Part shown: positions 1 through 10,656 of the stretch, one piece after another
Position numbering within the stretch: position 1 is the first letter of the stretch
Layout of the letters: each line of letters starts with the position of its first letter
Source of the DNA: a virus
Taxonomy: Duplodnaviria > Heunggongvirae > Uroviricota > Caudoviricetes
Length of the DNA stretch: 39,474 bases
Strand: one strand, 5' to 3'
Virus record (IMG/VR): IMGVR_UViG_2861053794_000004
Span: 1-39,474 of that record
Made by a program: the position numbers and the translations under genes
The notes under the pieces: generated by a model
Told to the model about the DNA's origin: nothing
Databases searched by the model: none
What the model saw: the letters and a program-made list of their open reading frames with translations, nothing else

Positions 1-90
1 TCACTCTGCCAGATGGCGCAATGCCATCTGGTATCACTTAAAGGTATTAAAAACAACTTTTTGTCTTTTTACCTTCCCGTTTCGCTCAAG

Positions 91-105
91 TTAGTATAAA
101 AAAGC
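91..105. repeat. attR core (reverse complement of lambda core GCTTTTTTATACTAA)
   Basis: Exact 15-mer repeated at 38130-38144; followed by lambda-like P-arm sequence. Confidence 0.9.
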
Positions 106-250
106 TGAACGAGAAACGGAAAACACTGTAAATATCAATATGTTATGAAAGATTTAGTCTAAATAATAGACTGCATAATACTACAAAACACAACATATCC
201 AGTCACTATGAATCAACTACTTAGATAGTATTAGTGACCTGAGACAGAGC
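106..250 (-). other. attR P arm with arm-type Int binding sites
   Basis: Reverse complement reads CAGGTCACTAATACTATCTAAGTAGTTGATTCATAGTGACTGGATATGTTGTGTTTT..., closely matching lambda attP P arm as recalled; arm-type motifs at 200-210 and 230-242. Confidence 0.8.
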
Positions 251-251
251 A

Positions 252-292
252 TTAGCGCAAGGTGATTTTTTGTCCTCTTGCGCTAATTTTTT
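252..292 (+). terminator. Hairpin plus T-run (10-bp stem TTAGCGCAAG / CTTGCGCTAA, then TTTTTT)
   Basis: Perfect 10-bp inverted repeat 252-261 / 277-286 followed by T6 at 287-292. Confidence 0.5.
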
Positions 293-542
293 GTCAACGG
301 ACTGTGGTAGTTGAATTTACAACCATGCTCAGTATCTCGATAAGCGCAGAGAAATGATGCAGTGGTGGGCGGACTGGCTTGATGAAAAGGTGGAGTGATA
401 CACCTTAACTATCGAATAGCACAAAGCCTTGCAATCCAGTGCAAAGCTTTGTGTGTCTCAGTTTTTATAAATTCTTAAGCAAGAATCATAGTTATAACTA
501 TTATGTAAATTTTATGATATATATTGTATTTAAATGCTGGTT

Positions 543-2621
543 TTACTTATTAACCCAACCTGTAGCATTTGTGTTGCTTTCCTTTATATAAAGTACTGTA
601 TTTCCACCTCCATCAGAACGAGTGTAAATAGAACCAACTGGTGCTCCAACTCCGCTAGATGTTGGGTTGCCTTCTTGCCCAAATATCACAAGTGAGCTTT
701 TATCTGTAGCTTGATTATTCTGTGTGGCTGATGTTCCAAATGAAACATTCCCTATAAATGACACGCTCTTACAGGTTGATGTAGCAAATATACCAACTGA
801 TGGTTTATTAGTTGCAATGCCATCACGAATTTGATTTGAACTAACAATTACATTTTCTGCACCAGAGTCAATTCGTATACCATTATGGTTGTTATCTGCG
901 GTAGAAACCCCAGCTATAATGTTTGATTGAATAGTAACATTTGAATATTTACCATTAATATGAATCCCATGCAGGGAAATATTTCTAAAGATGTTGCTAG
1001 AAATTACAACATCATGCGAAAAACCAGACCCTATAAATTCTTCTGCATTGGTTTCAGAAATCCATAAAGAACTTGATGTTCCTGAATCGTATTCATTATT
1101 AGAGATGATTGATTTGTTAATAAAATCACCTTTGAAAAAACCGATTCCGCCTCTTGCTGTGTTTCCAGTGACAGTTAGTCCTGAAACCCATCTTGCGTCT
1201 ACTGCATATGATTGAGACTCTGTAATAAACATGGAATTGTTGGATATTACGATATCTTCATGAAATGCATCTGATGTATCTGTATATGGATATGTAGGTG
1301 CAGCAAGAAGAATCGGGGATCTAACGCCTTCAAAATAATTGCCAACAATGCGCCCCCTCCTTGCCCCCTGTGGTTTTGATGATGATGGGAATGGGGTTAC
1401 ATGAACTCCTCGCGCGGTACTGTTATAGAAAGAGCATCCGCTAACCACCCAATCATACCAGTTGAAAACCCTTACCCCGGCAAAGAGCATTCCATCGAAC
1501 CTGCAGTTTATGACCCTTATATTTTTGTCCTGATTCCCATATGAATTAGCATGGTTCCCAACCCCCGCCCCCCACGCCCCAAACCCAGTGGTGGTATTTT
1601 GTGGATTTGAACCAAAATAACAGTTATCAACAAGAACATTGATGTTTGGGTAATAATCGCCAAGAGATTCAATCCCCGGATCTAACTGTATCGCTTCTGA
1701 ATAATTTCGGTTGGAAAGTGGTTTGAAGCCAAGAAACTTACAGTCTCTTATAATCACCCCTTGCCCGTCAGCAATATCTACAGCATGAAAATCGACTACA
1801 TCAAGAAATGTTACTCCAACAATAGAAAGATTTCTTGGTGAGGAGGCCGCAATGATGTCAAAAGGATCTGTAGGGTGGTCTTGTCCTCCTCCATCTAGTA
1901 TTCCGCCTGTTATTTTAATGTTAGTGCCAGTATTAGGGTTTATTCTCAGCATAACGTCATTAGAAAAATTACGTTTAATGGTTACGCCATCAGTCATCTT
2001 TAGGTGAGTATTTGATTTTATTTGCAACTCAGAAAGCAAAGTATATATGCCTGGTAGTGAAAACTGTAGTGTACCTCCTCCAATGCTATATATTGCATCT
2101 AGCGCAAATTGCAGAGCTACTTTATTGTCAGCATTCGATGGATGAGCACCGAAGTCAAGAACATCAATGATTTGTTGGTTCTTTTGGTGTTGAGTTTGAT
2201 TTGCTGCTCCGGGGAATGGTTGTTTCACCGACACTAATTCATCCCCATCACCATCATCAAAGGATGCCAACCTCTTCTGAAACTGATCAGGGTCATATTT
2301 CAGTACATTAGGGAAATAAAACTGCTGCGCCCCATACGCATCATAAACAGCCATGGAATGGCCTTGCACAGTAACGAACTTGGCAATCTGTCCGTTATAT
2401 ACCGGATATCCAGCAGCGTTAATGATGATTGGTTGAGAAACAGGAACGTGAGAGCCGTCTTCATTCTCCACATAAACCTGAATCTGGTTTTCAGGATTTA
2501 CCGGGTCCGTGTCAATTTTACCGATATAAATTTTGCCATTGGCTACGGCTTTAAAAGAACGCGCCATAGTGAAGAGTTGCGAAGGCATGCTTACCACAAC
2601 ATTTGCGGTGATATCTGACAT
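543..2621 (-). CDS. Tailspike protein, P22 gp9-like N-terminal head-binding domain with a different receptor-binding body
   Basis: N-terminus [11 protein letters not shown]...[33 protein letters not shown] matches P22 tailspike head-binding domain from memory; 692 aa; terminal position in the virion module. Confidence 0.85.
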   Translation of the reverse strand: MSDITANVVVSMPSQLFTMARSFKAVANGKIYIGKIDTDPVNPENQIQVYVENEDGSHVPVSQPIIINAAGYPVYNGQIAKFVTVQGHSMAVYDAYGAQQFYFPNVLKYDPDQFQKRLASFDDGDGDELVSVKQPFPGAANQTQHQKNQQIIDVLDFGAHPSNADNKVALQFALDAIYSIGGGTLQFSLPGIYTLLSELQIKSNTHLKMTDGVTIKRNFSNDVMLRINPNTGTNIKITGGILDGGGQDHPTDPFDIIAASSPRNLSIVGVTFLDVVDFHAVDIADGQGVIIRDCKFLGFKPLSNRNYSEAIQLDPGIESLGDYYPNINVLVDNCYFGSNPQNTTTGFGAWGAGVGNHANSYGNQDKNIRVINCRFDGMLFAGVRVFNWYDWVVSGCSFYNSTARGVHVTPFPSSSKPQGARRGRIVGNYFEGVRSPILLAAPTYPYTDTSDAFHEDIVISNNSMFITESQSYAVDARWVSGLTVTGNTARGGIGFFKGDFINKSIISNNEYDSGTSSSLWISETNAEEFIGSGFSHDVVISSNIFRNISLHGIHINGKYSNVTIQSNIIAGVSTADNNHNGIRIDSGAENVIVSSNQIRDGIATNKPSVGIFATSTCKSVSFIGNVSFGTSATQNNQATDKSSLVIFGQEGNPTSSGVGAPVGSIYTRSDGGGNTVLYIKESNTNATGWVNK

Positions 2622-2657
2622 TTCATTACTCCAGACGAATGATATGATGCAATCATG

Positions 2658-2686
2658 ATGTAATTACATACCGAAATGGTACTATT
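2658..2686. promoter_or_regulatory. Palindromes in the mnt/tailspike divergent intergenic region (candidate Mnt operator)
   Basis: ATGTAATTACAT (2658-2669, perfect palindrome) and AATGGTACTATT (2675-2686, near-palindrome) in the 88-bp gap between divergent genes. Confidence 0.35.
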
Positions 2687-2709
2687 GAGTATTTATCCAG
2701 TAGGTTACG

Positions 2710-3003
2710 ATGCCATTCCACCCAACTGGTGAGGCATCAAGGATGTACAGCAAATACGACGAGGCGCAGTTTCACTTGAGACTTCCGCATGAACTCCACG
2801 CGAAAATTAAGCAGCGTGCGAAGATGAATAACAGGTCGCTGAACTCAGAGATAATTGCAGCGATTGAGGAATCATTAGATAAACAAAGCTCTGCATCAGT
2901 TTACATTGACGATGCAGAGCGTATGGCAAAACAACAATCTGATATGGTTAAGAAAATTGTCTTTGATACGCTCAAGAAGCTATATAAAAAAGACAGCAGA
3001 TAA
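2710..3003 (+). CDS. mnt: Mnt-like ribbon-helix-helix repressor
   Basis: C-terminal DAERMAKQQSDMVKKIVFDTLKKLYKK matches P22 Mnt tetramerisation tail as recalled; RHH-like N-terminus; divergent from tailspike. Confidence 0.8.
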   Translation: MPFHPTGEASRMYSKYDEAQFHLRLPHELHAKIKQRAKMNNRSLNSEIIAAIEESLDKQSSASVYIDDAERMAKQQSDMVKKIVFDTLKKLYKKDSR

Positions 3004-3092
3004 CCATCCGTTACGGAGGATTTATGCACAGAGATATGCTGAATATTGCGTTCTACATATTTGGTTTTTGCACGTTCCTGGTGTTTGCGAAG

Positions 3093-5090
3093 CTATTCTG
3101 ACAATGCATCAGACTTAGCCCCCTGCGTCATAGCGTTAATTGCCTTTTGTGCCTGCTGCATGGCTTTCTCAAACGCTGTTGATCCTCGTGGGGTGTTTGC
3201 CATTCGGAGCATTGCATTTCTGAATGGCTCGCTCTCATAGGCGCGAGTAAGAAGTCCGTAGCTTACTGCTGCGCCAGTTGTCGCCGGGTTCATTGCCGTC
3301 CCATACCCAATAATGAACGGGATAGTTTGCTGCCCTGTGGGTGTTGTTACTGCCGCTTTTGCAGCCTGCTGCGTGGATTGCAGGTAGTTTTTTAATCCCT
3401 TCAGATAAGCAGCGTCCTGCCCCTTAAATGTGATGCCAGTCTGGTTTTGCAGGATGTTAAGCTGCCGAAGGAACTGGTCAGGGGATCCGCCAGATTTCTC
3501 CATCGCCTTTCCAATGATGCCATTGCGCATTTGCGCCCTGCCAACACGACCAACTGAGTTATACAGCGTCTTAATTTCAGATTTGTTCTTGCTGAATAGC
3601 ATGTTGTTGACAACTTCCGGCGTCAGATCGCCTTTCATGAGAACATTCTTCAGCCTGGTATTCTTTAGTTTCGCTGCTTCGTCAGCGTAGACGGCATTGG
3701 CCTGCTGATATTTACGGAGAGTATCGTTGCCAAGATTCTGACCAATGGCACCATTGATATCGTCGGTCATTGCCTTGTAAACGCGCTGAATGGCGGCATC
3801 TGAACGGTTTGGTAGCACTGGTCTCTCACCCTTCACGTCCATTCTGAACTGGCTGCGTAGATCGCTTAATTGCTTCAAATCCAGATTTACCGGACCATCA
3901 GGACCAGCATTGCGAATAAGCTCATCACGATAGGATTGAAGTTTTGAAATCGTCTCGTTATCAGCGACCTTACCAAGCTTCTGCAGGTTAGATATCTCAG
4001 TATCTATCTGCTGAATTGCTCTGGCAGGTTGAATGTTGATTCCTGCCATTGCATTCTGTACCTGCTCAAGACGGTTCCCAGCAGCACGACGAATTCCTGA
4101 TGTTTTCGCTTTAAGGCTGTCAATAACAACCGCTGGATCATACTCCCCGAATTTATTGGCAAATCTCTGCACCAACTGGCTTCTCGCTTCCTGTTGCGTT
4201 GCTCTCATTCCGCTTGTGCCAGCCAGAGGGATATTTTCTGCTGTAGTCTGCGCCATTTTTCCGACGCGGGAAGTAGGTTGTAACAGGTCCGTGGTGTGCA
4301 GAGGAACTCCTTCACGCTCTGCAAATCTGATAGCCTGCTGCGCTTCTGGCGCAATAGCACCGCGAACGCCACGATAAGCAGCACCTAATCCACGTCCAGC
4401 AGCGTTAATAGCACCGCCAGCCAGCACACCAACGCCTAAATCGGTGGCGAGGGCTTCCGCATCATCTTTCGCACTATTTGCAGCAAGTGATCCAACTGCG
4501 TTTTCTGCGAGAAGTCGTGTTGCCCCCTGAGCAATTCGACCAGCAAGTGTTGGTGCCTGTGCCGCCGCTCTCTCAACGCCAGCAGGAGTGAGGTAAGGCA
4601 ATGCTTCAGCAAATACCCTTCCCTCTGTCGTTTGTGGAGTCAGCGCGCCTTGCTGAAGGCCAAAGTCCTGCTCTAATCCCTGCGTTGTTACTCGTGGCGC
4701 TGGTTGATATGTACCATCGCCAATGCCGAGTTTACCGCCAGCCCAAGCCGCCGCGCTTGTTACAGCATCTGCAACTGATGCAGGTATGTTTGCCACGTTC
4801 ACGCCAGCCTGCACCAGTCCGCGACCAGTCTCTTTCACTGCTTCACCAAGATCAGACATAAATCCACTTTGCTGTGGTTGTTGCTGTGCTACTGGTTGCT
4901 GTGTATCCACTGGCTGCACAGATGGCAATGGATAGGCAGCATAGAAAGCTTGCTTAGCCTGCTCTGCATTTTCTCCGGCTTGCGGGGCCACGACTTCATT
5001 GAAGTATTGCTCCTGAGCCTGCGCTTTTTGTTCTGGTGCTAACGCCTGATACTGTGGAGAGGCGATAACATCTTTCCATGCTTTAGCCAT
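3093..5090 (-). CDS. Ejection/injection protein, P22 gp16 position
   Basis: 665-aa ORF in the gp16 position of the conserved 14-7-20-16 order; Ala/Gln-rich low-complexity composition. Confidence 0.65.
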   Translation of the reverse strand: MAKAWKDVIASPQYQALAPEQKAQAQEQYFNEVVAPQAGENAEQAKQAFYAAYPLPSVQPVDTQQPVAQQQPQQSGFMSDLGEAVKETGRGLVQAGVNVANIPASVADAVTSAAAWAGGKLGIGDGTYQPAPRVTTQGLEQDFGLQQGALTPQTTEGRVFAEALPYLTPAGVERAAAQAPTLAGRIAQGATRLLAENAVGSLAANSAKDDAEALATDLGVGVLAGGAINAAGRGLGAAYRGVRGAIAPEAQQAIRFAEREGVPLHTTDLLQPTSRVGKMAQTTAENIPLAGTSGMRATQQEARSQLVQRFANKFGEYDPAVVIDSLKAKTSGIRRAAGNRLEQVQNAMAGINIQPARAIQQIDTEISNLQKLGKVADNETISKLQSYRDELIRNAGPDGPVNLDLKQLSDLRSQFRMDVKGERPVLPNRSDAAIQRVYKAMTDDINGAIGQNLGNDTLRKYQQANAVYADEAAKLKNTRLKNVLMKGDLTPEVVNNMLFSKNKSEIKTLYNSVGRVGRAQMRNGIIGKAMEKSGGSPDQFLRQLNILQNQTGITFKGQDAAYLKGLKNYLQSTQQAAKAAVTTPTGQQTIPFIIGYGTAMNPATTGAAVSYGLLTRAYESEPFRNAMLRMANTPRGSTAFEKAMQQAQKAINAMTQGAKSDALSE

Positions 5091-6484
5091 TAATCACCCC
5101 ATAGTGAAGAAAAGTTACTGCTGGCTGCTGGCTGTGATACCTGTGCAGGTTGAGATTGCTGCCGCTGAGATTTACCAACATTAACGTTATATTGTTGGTT
5201 GTAATTGTTGGTGTATTCCTGAATCTCACGAATCGACTGCTGCATAGCCTCCGGGCTTGAATAGTCAACCTGCGGCATCCCCTGAAAATACATCTTCGCT
5301 TCTGCAACGGTGTTAATACCACTGGCCCCCATGTCCCTTGCTGCCGCCACACCCTGATTCTGCATTCTGCCCTGAATACGTTGTGCTGAGTTATATAACT
5401 GGCGCTGCTCTTTTCCTGTTAATCGGCTGCGAACATCAGCACCAATTGCCGGGTTACCTGCGCCGCCGGTCATTCCTGTCATGAAATCGAGAGCAGAAGC
5501 GTCTGCATTTGCGATCGCGTCGATATCCTTCTTCATGGCATAGTTTTGTGCTGATGCAGACGATGTTGCAGGCGCTGCGATTGAACTGGCAGGAACGCGA
5601 ACCATATTCCCCTCGTTGTCGATGCCTTCGTAGAACGCATTTGCCCCAGCGCCGTGAAGTTTCCCGCCAACCGTTACAGTTCTGCCATCTGATAACTGAA
5701 CTGTACGCTCATCATTCCCAGCGGTTCCTCTTGTTGACGCTCGCTGCATTGCCAAATCCTGCCCGCGTCGCGCAGTAGAAGCAGATAAATCCTGACCGCG
5801 CATCGTGATGTTCTGACCTCGTGCTGTTAGCGCCTCGCCAGCCTGATTGCTGCGGATTGTCTCTGCAAGTTTTCCGCGATCAATCTCACGCCCAACGATT
5901 CTGTCTTGCGCCTGAAAATATTGTTCTGGACCAAGTGCAGCCATTCCAAGGTGATCAACAAACTCTGTGAAACCTTGTGGATTTTGCTGATACATTTTCG
6001 CCACATCCAGAGGGTCTACTCCGGCACGAGTAAGCTCAGATGAGTTGTTCTGCAACCATGACATCATGGCTTCTGGAGATGAAGCTGCCAGTCTGGCACT
6101 TGCTGCCAGTGTGCCGACAGTGGAACGCTGGTCTTCATCGACAAATTTCATGCCGTTTCTTACAGCGTCAAACTGCTCAGGATACTGTGATGCCAGTTTT
6201 CGCATTGCATCGCGGTCACCAGATGTATATGCATCAGCATAAGCCTGCTGAAACTCTTGCTGTCGCTTCTGCTGATCCATCTGCTTATACATATCCATGA
6301 CAGATGAAATGCCCTGCAAAGCCTGCAAGCCAACGTTATTACGTCCTGAACGCTCCATCTCGTTATTCTGTCGAATGTATGCAAGCGTGGCGTCTGCATC
6401 ACTTGCTCTTGGAGCGTTGGAGTTCATGCCGCCTAACCCGGCAAGAAGCGCGCCTGAATTACCAGCCTGTTGCCATGTAGCCAA
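5090..6484 (-). CDS. Ejection protein, P22 gp20 position
   Basis: 464 aa (P22 gp20 is about 471); synteny. Confidence 0.65.
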   Translation of the reverse strand: MATWQQAGNSGALLAGLGGMNSNAPRASDADATLAYIRQNNEMERSGRNNVGLQALQGISSVMDMYKQMDQQKRQQEFQQAYADAYTSGDRDAMRKLASQYPEQFDAVRNGMKFVDEDQRSTVGTLAASARLAASSPEAMMSWLQNNSSELTRAGVDPLDVAKMYQQNPQGFTEFVDHLGMAALGPEQYFQAQDRIVGREIDRGKLAETIRSNQAGEALTARGQNITMRGQDLSASTARRGQDLAMQRASTRGTAGNDERTVQLSDGRTVTVGGKLHGAGANAFYEGIDNEGNMVRVPASSIAAPATSSASAQNYAMKKDIDAIANADASALDFMTGMTGGAGNPAIGADVRSRLTGKEQRQLYNSAQRIQGRMQNQGVAAARDMGASGINTVAEAKMYFQGMPQVDYSSPEAMQQSIREIQEYTNNYNQQYNVNVGKSQRQQSQPAQVSQPAASSNFSSLWGD

Positions 6485-6496
6485 GAGACACCTCCA

Positions 6497-7150
6497 TTAA
6501 AAAAGTGAACCAAGAAGACCGACGCCAGCACCAATTGCTGTACCCCAACCAGGCATGATTGCAGTACCTGCAGCTGCACCTGCTGCCGCTCCACCCAGGG
6601 CGCTCTGAAATCCTGATGGTTTATTCGCATTAGCCGCAGATGCTGCCGCCTGCTGTTGATACAACTGGCTGACGTTGTTGGCGTAGTTTTGTCCAGCGTT
6701 TGCCTGACCTGTAAGAGCACCAAGGCCGATATTTGCCAGATTGTTGTAGTTGTTCATCTGACCTGACAGCCAGTTTTGACCGAGTGTAGGTGCGATTGAT
6801 GCTAACTGGTTTCCTGTTGCTGTAGAGCCTAATCCACCCGTTGCCTCTGCTGCTGCCAGACTCTGGTAACGCGCCTGACCAGCAAGGTCTTTGTACTGCT
6901 GGGAGTTGTAATACTGGTTAAGCGCCTGACCTTGCCCCTGAAGAGAGGAAAGATTCTGCAACTCTGATACGTACTGTTGAGCGAGTGGCGTGAACGGTGC
7001 AAGGTTTTGCATGTTCGTTTGCCACATTTCACGCTGCAATTCGATACCCTTTTCAGTTGCGCGTGCCTGGGCTTTTGAACCGCCATCACTGCCGCCTTTG
7101 CAGTAAACAGCTTTGCTGAGGTGCTTATTGGCAATCTGGAAAATTAACAT
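6497..7150 (-). CDS. Ejection protein, P22 gp7 position
   Basis: 217 aa; synteny; Gly/Ala-rich C-terminus. Confidence 0.6.
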   Translation of the reverse strand: MLIFQIANKHLSKAVYCKGGSDGGSKAQARATEKGIELQREMWQTNMQNLAPFTPLAQQYVSELQNLSSLQGQGQALNQYYNSQQYKDLAGQARYQSLAAAEATGGLGSTATGNQLASIAPTLGQNWLSGQMNNYNNLANIGLGALTGQANAGQNYANNVSQLYQQQAAASAANANKPSGFQSALGGAAAGAAAGTAIMPGWGTAIGAGVGLLGSLF

Positions 7151-7607
7151 TCTTTAGCTCCTCGTATTTTGAGCGCGGTAACTGATAAATCGTGATGCCT
7201 ACAGGCTTTCCATTGCTGGTATAAGCATCATCAAGGTGACCAACACGGGTAGCGCCAAGCAAACGGATAATTGCCCGTCCGTATTTGGTGATGTCAGGAA
7301 CCATGGTGATGCTGTTAAGGAATGGTGAGTTTTCGAGAAGCCATTTGCAGAATAATCGATGCCCTTGCAGTGCATATTCGCCTCGGAATCCGGGGTCGTA
7401 CACAGCATGGCATTCAACAACGCTATGCCAGAAGTTACGCACTTCATGAACCCCAGCCAGCACTAATCCTTCGTAGATGCCGAGATATACCGCATCAGGC
7501 TTGATGTAGTATTTATCTCCACTGTCTACGATATTTCCCGTGTTTGCCGGGTTGTTGAGGAATTCTGCAAGCTTCACCGGATTATCGATGAGCTTTATTT
7601 CCATCAC
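7125..7607 (-). CDS. Virion protein, P22 gp14 position
   Basis: 160 aa; located between tail needle and gp7-like gene. Confidence 0.55.
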   Translation of the reverse strand: MMEIKLIDNPVKLAEFLNNPANTGNIVDSGDKYYIKPDAVYLGIYEGLVLAGVHEVRNFWHSVVECHAVYDPGFRGEYALQGHRLFCKWLLENSPFLNSITMVPDITKYGRAIIRLLGATRVGHLDDAYTSNGKPVGITIYQLPRSKYEELKNVNFPDCQ

Positions 7608-8557
7608 TGCTCCGCAATGATTTTGATGGTTGTGGCAGTAAACGCCGCACCATTCGACTGAATGGTTAACGTACTGCCATTTGTGGCAAGAAAGCCGTCT
7701 TTATCCACGCTGAAGAACGTAGCTAACAGGATGTTATCGGTCGTTGTCGCCGAGTTGCGGCTGCTTACCAGTGTGTCAGGAACAGAGCCGGAAAAGGTTA
7801 GCTGCATTGACCTGTTGGCTGTTCCGCTGGGCCACGTCCCGACGATCGCCAGCTTGAAGAACAAGGTTTTGTTCTCGTTGAACACAACCATCTTGTTGTT
7901 AACGGTGTCGAAGAATGGTGCCAACGTGCCGGATGACGGCGTGAGCGTTTTCAGTAGGCTAACAAGGTTGGTCGGCGCTGTTGGAATGGTTACTGATACT
8001 CCTGAGTAAACAACCTCTGATTTCTTGCGCGTGGTGGCATACTCAAGCGCAGATATTCTTGTTGAGTGATCACCAACTGTGCTTTGTAGCGTCGAAATAC
8101 TTCCCTCTGCCGCTGTGAGCCTGGTATCAAGTGCGTCGATATCAGTTGTATTCTGAGTTATGCGCGCATCATGGTTTGCTAACTCAGATTCATTGGCAGC
8201 AATTCGCGTCTCGTGATCAGCCAGCTCTGTTTCAGCAGCCGTAATCCTTGTTTCATGATCTGCAAGAGTGCTTTCCGCTGCTGCAATTCTATTTTCATGA
8301 TTGATGAGAGTTGCTTCAGCAGCTTCAATTCTGGATTCATGGTCTGCAAGGGTGACATCCTGCTCATCATTCTTCACCTGTGCATCATAAGCCCCCTTCC
8401 CTGCTTCGTTGGCCTTGTTAGCCACGTTACCAACATCAGTGCCCTGTGCGATAACGTAAAGCAGATACGACTGCGAGAAGATATTGCGTGGAAGGACTGA
8501 TGTGTCGAGTCGTGTAGTCTGAATGATTACCGGCTCATTGAGATTCGAATCAGCCAT
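7604..8557 (-). CDS. Tail needle (P22 gp26-like) with extended C-terminal domain
   Basis: N-terminus [43 protein letters not shown] matches P22 gp26 as recalled; 317 aa versus about 233 in P22. Confidence 0.85.
   Translation of the reverse strand: MADSNLNEPVIIQTTRLDTSVLPRNIFSQSYLLYVIAQGTDVGNVANKANEAGKGAYDAQVKNDEQDVTLADHESRIEAAEATLINHENRIAAAESTLADHETRITAAETELADHETRIAANESELANHDARITQNTTDIDALDTRLTAAEGSISTLQSTVGDHSTRISALEYATTRKKSEVVYSGVSVTIPTAPTNLVSLLKTLTPSSGTLAPFFDTVNNKMVVFNENKTLFFKLAIVGTWPSGTANRSMQLTFSGSVPDTLVSSRNSATTTDNILLATFFSVDKDGFLATNGSTLTIQSNGAAFTATTIKIIAEQ
8144..8353. repeat. Five imperfect 42-bp tandem repeats inside the tail-needle gene (14-aa coiled-coil repeats [12 protein letters not shown])
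   Basis: Repeated peptide units [14 protein letters not shown] / [14 protein letters not shown] / [14 protein letters not shown] / [14 protein letters not shown] / [14 protein letters not shown] visible in translation and DNA. Confidence 0.8.
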
Positions 8558-9975
8558 TACTCAATCCTTATCTGGCAGCCAGACAGAGTGACAGGTGACT
8601 TCGTGATAACGCGCAATTTGAAGCCGACATTTTTCCTGATTCGCCCGACACGCTTCCACAAAACGCGTTTGTCGTAAACGAACGGTTCATTCTGCTCAAT
8701 CATCTGCTCACGCCCGTAATTGATGCCGTCAGTAGTTGCAGAGAGGAACAGGCGGTCAGCATACTGCGCAACGCCAGTTGAAGATTCAACTTCAAGGTCG
8801 AAAACTCTGGCGTTATCCGCTTTGAACAACGGAGTAAACAGCAGGTGTTCCTGTTGCTTGTCGTACTGGCTGCTGATATCGAATTGCAATTTCCCGGTCA
8901 CGGACTCCAGCTTATCGCCGCACGTTATCTGATTGCCTTCGTAAATGAAGTCGATAGCGCGGTACACATCGTCATACAGGCCTGTTTTCAGCACACACCA
9001 TTGCGGACCATTGGCACTTGAAGATGCGTCGTACACGAGGACGTGACGCGGAAGATGGATAATCAGCAACTCATGCGCATCAAACCGCAACGATTCCATC
9101 ACGCCATCAGCCAGTTCATCAGCAGTGTAGGAGCGTAGTATTTTCTCAATGCTCGCGCTGGCGATTGGTGATACCTGACCGGAGCCGATGATATACACAG
9201 ACGGCGCACCTGTTGCCGGATTGCTGATAAACGCATAGGAATCAGCAAACGGCGTTTTGCAGTAAGTTCCGGCGATGCCTTTTTGCACCATCAGCGATGG
9301 CTGTGCGACATACAAAGCAGCACCAACGGTGGTTGCACCAGTCAGGGAAAAATACTCAATCGTCGATGAACCAAAACAGACGATGAAGTCTCGCCATGTT
9401 CCGATGCCGATGATGCCGTCAGGCTGAGACTCAGCACGATATTGTGCGCTGTAACGGTCAGGATGTGATTCGTCTTCAAGGTCAGTGATGAACCATGAAT
9501 CAGTACCATCTTTTGACCACGCATAACGCCCACGTAAGCGAGTAATGTCGCGAACTGAACCTAACTCATACTGCGTGAATCCACTGTCTGTAGGCCAGTT
9601 TGAGACGGTTTTAACCGTGCCATCATAACGATACTCGACCAGTTGACCATTAACGCCTACAGCCTGTGATGTTCGACCATGCGCCATTGATACGCGACCA
9701 CTTCCGGCGACGTCACCGACTTCACTTTCTCCTTTGTAGAGCTTCCCACCACACACACGATAAACAGCATTCTGCGCCATGTTGTACTCGACGCCGCGCG
9801 ATACACCGTTCACATCAGAGCGTTTGGCAATGCCCGGGAATGAGCGAAGATATCCGCTGCTGTTCAGGATTTCTTTGGGTGTAGCCAGCATATTCACTGG
9901 CAGATAGTCGATATAGTCGGCATTTCGGAAGTCTTTGCCGACACCTTTCATGAGCGGAAGTTGCTGAATCGGCAT
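8557..9975 (-). CDS. Tail hub protein, P22 gp10-like
   Basis: 472 aa, same length as P22 gp10; synteny between gp4-like and gp26-like genes. Confidence 0.7.
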   Translation of the reverse strand: MPIQQLPLMKGVGKDFRNADYIDYLPVNMLATPKEILNSSGYLRSFPGIAKRSDVNGVSRGVEYNMAQNAVYRVCGGKLYKGESEVGDVAGSGRVSMAHGRTSQAVGVNGQLVEYRYDGTVKTVSNWPTDSGFTQYELGSVRDITRLRGRYAWSKDGTDSWFITDLEDESHPDRYSAQYRAESQPDGIIGIGTWRDFIVCFGSSTIEYFSLTGATTVGAALYVAQPSLMVQKGIAGTYCKTPFADSYAFISNPATGAPSVYIIGSGQVSPIASASIEKILRSYTADELADGVMESLRFDAHELLIIHLPRHVLVYDASSSANGPQWCVLKTGLYDDVYRAIDFIYEGNQITCGDKLESVTGKLQFDISSQYDKQQEHLLFTPLFKADNARVFDLEVESSTGVAQYADRLFLSATTDGINYGREQMIEQNEPFVYDKRVLWKRVGRIRKNVGFKLRVITKSPVTLSGCQIRIE

Positions 9976-9984
9976 TTATTCACC

Positions 9985-10446
9985 TCACGTACTCGGATCA
10001 TCTTTCTCGATGTAAAACCGATTCCACGTAAACGCGCTTTTGTTACCACTACCGCGAGGCATGTCATTTCGCCGCTCAAGTGGTGGTATTTTGGTTAAAG
10101 CGATGCAGATTGTCTGATATGCACTGTCAGCAGCGGCAAGGAGAGCGTCTGACGGCTGAATGACGTTATCCATGCACACTTGCACAGCGAGCTTCAAAGC
10201 GACGCCATCATTTGCCCATGCAGGGATACCTGAATCATCGTCAGGTAACGGCATGATGCCGTTTTCTGTATCCGCAAACTGATATCCAAGCTCGATACCT
10301 TTCGCCTGCCATGCTGCCATCATGTCTTCGAGGTCATTAATGGCATCTTCAATTGCCTGAGGGTCGGCATCTGTCAACGTGGCATTGGAATACAGCCCGG
10401 CTTTTCGTAAAGCCTTAAGAACGAGATCACCCTTCGTTTTCGCCAT
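9985..10446 (-). CDS. Head-to-tail adaptor, P22 gp4-like
   Basis: N-terminus M..KTKGDLV.KALRKAG....ATLTD.DPQ...DA..DLE.MMA.W resembles P22 gp4 as recalled. Confidence 0.8.
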   Translation of the reverse strand: MAKTKGDLVLKALRKAGLYSNATLTDADPQAIEDAINDLEDMMAAWQAKGIELGYQFADTENGIMPLPDDDSGIPAWANDGVALKLAVQVCMDNVIQPSDALLAAADSAYQTICIALTKIPPLERRNDMPRGSGNKSAFTWNRFYIEKDDPST

Positions 10447-10615
10447 CTTCTTCCGCCTTAGCCACTTTTTGCTTCGTTGCGGTTTCTTCAGGAGTTTTTA
10501 CCCAGCCTTTTTTCAGGTGAGATTTAACTTCTTCGTCATCAACAATGATGTAATCGACAGCAAACTGACCACAGGTGATCATGTTGCCCGGCTTATAGAG
10601 CATTGTTCGTGCCAT
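10427..10615 (-). CDS. Small hypothetical protein between coat and gp4-like genes
   Basis: ATG at 10615 preceded by GGGAG; start shortened from the listed ORF (10427..10654), whose first codon is TTG. Confidence 0.4.
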   Translation of the reverse strand: MARTMLYKPGNMITCGQFAVDYIIVDDEEVKSHLKKGWVKTPEETATKQKVAKAEEDGENEG

Positions 10616-10626
10616 TGTCTTCTCCC

Positions 10627-10649
10627 AATAAAAATGGGGCCGAAGCCCC
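10627..10649 (-). terminator. Rho-independent terminator immediately after the coat gene
   Basis: On minus strand GGGGC-TTCG-GCCCC followed by ATTTTTATT; starts 8 nt after coat stop. Confidence 0.65.
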
Positions 10650-10656
10650 ACCAAAA

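Noticed and set aside
422-455. Hairpin ACAAAGC...GCTTTGT downstream of the tailspike gene as a terminator
   Set aside because: Long 20-nt loop and no T-run on the transcribed (minus) strand.
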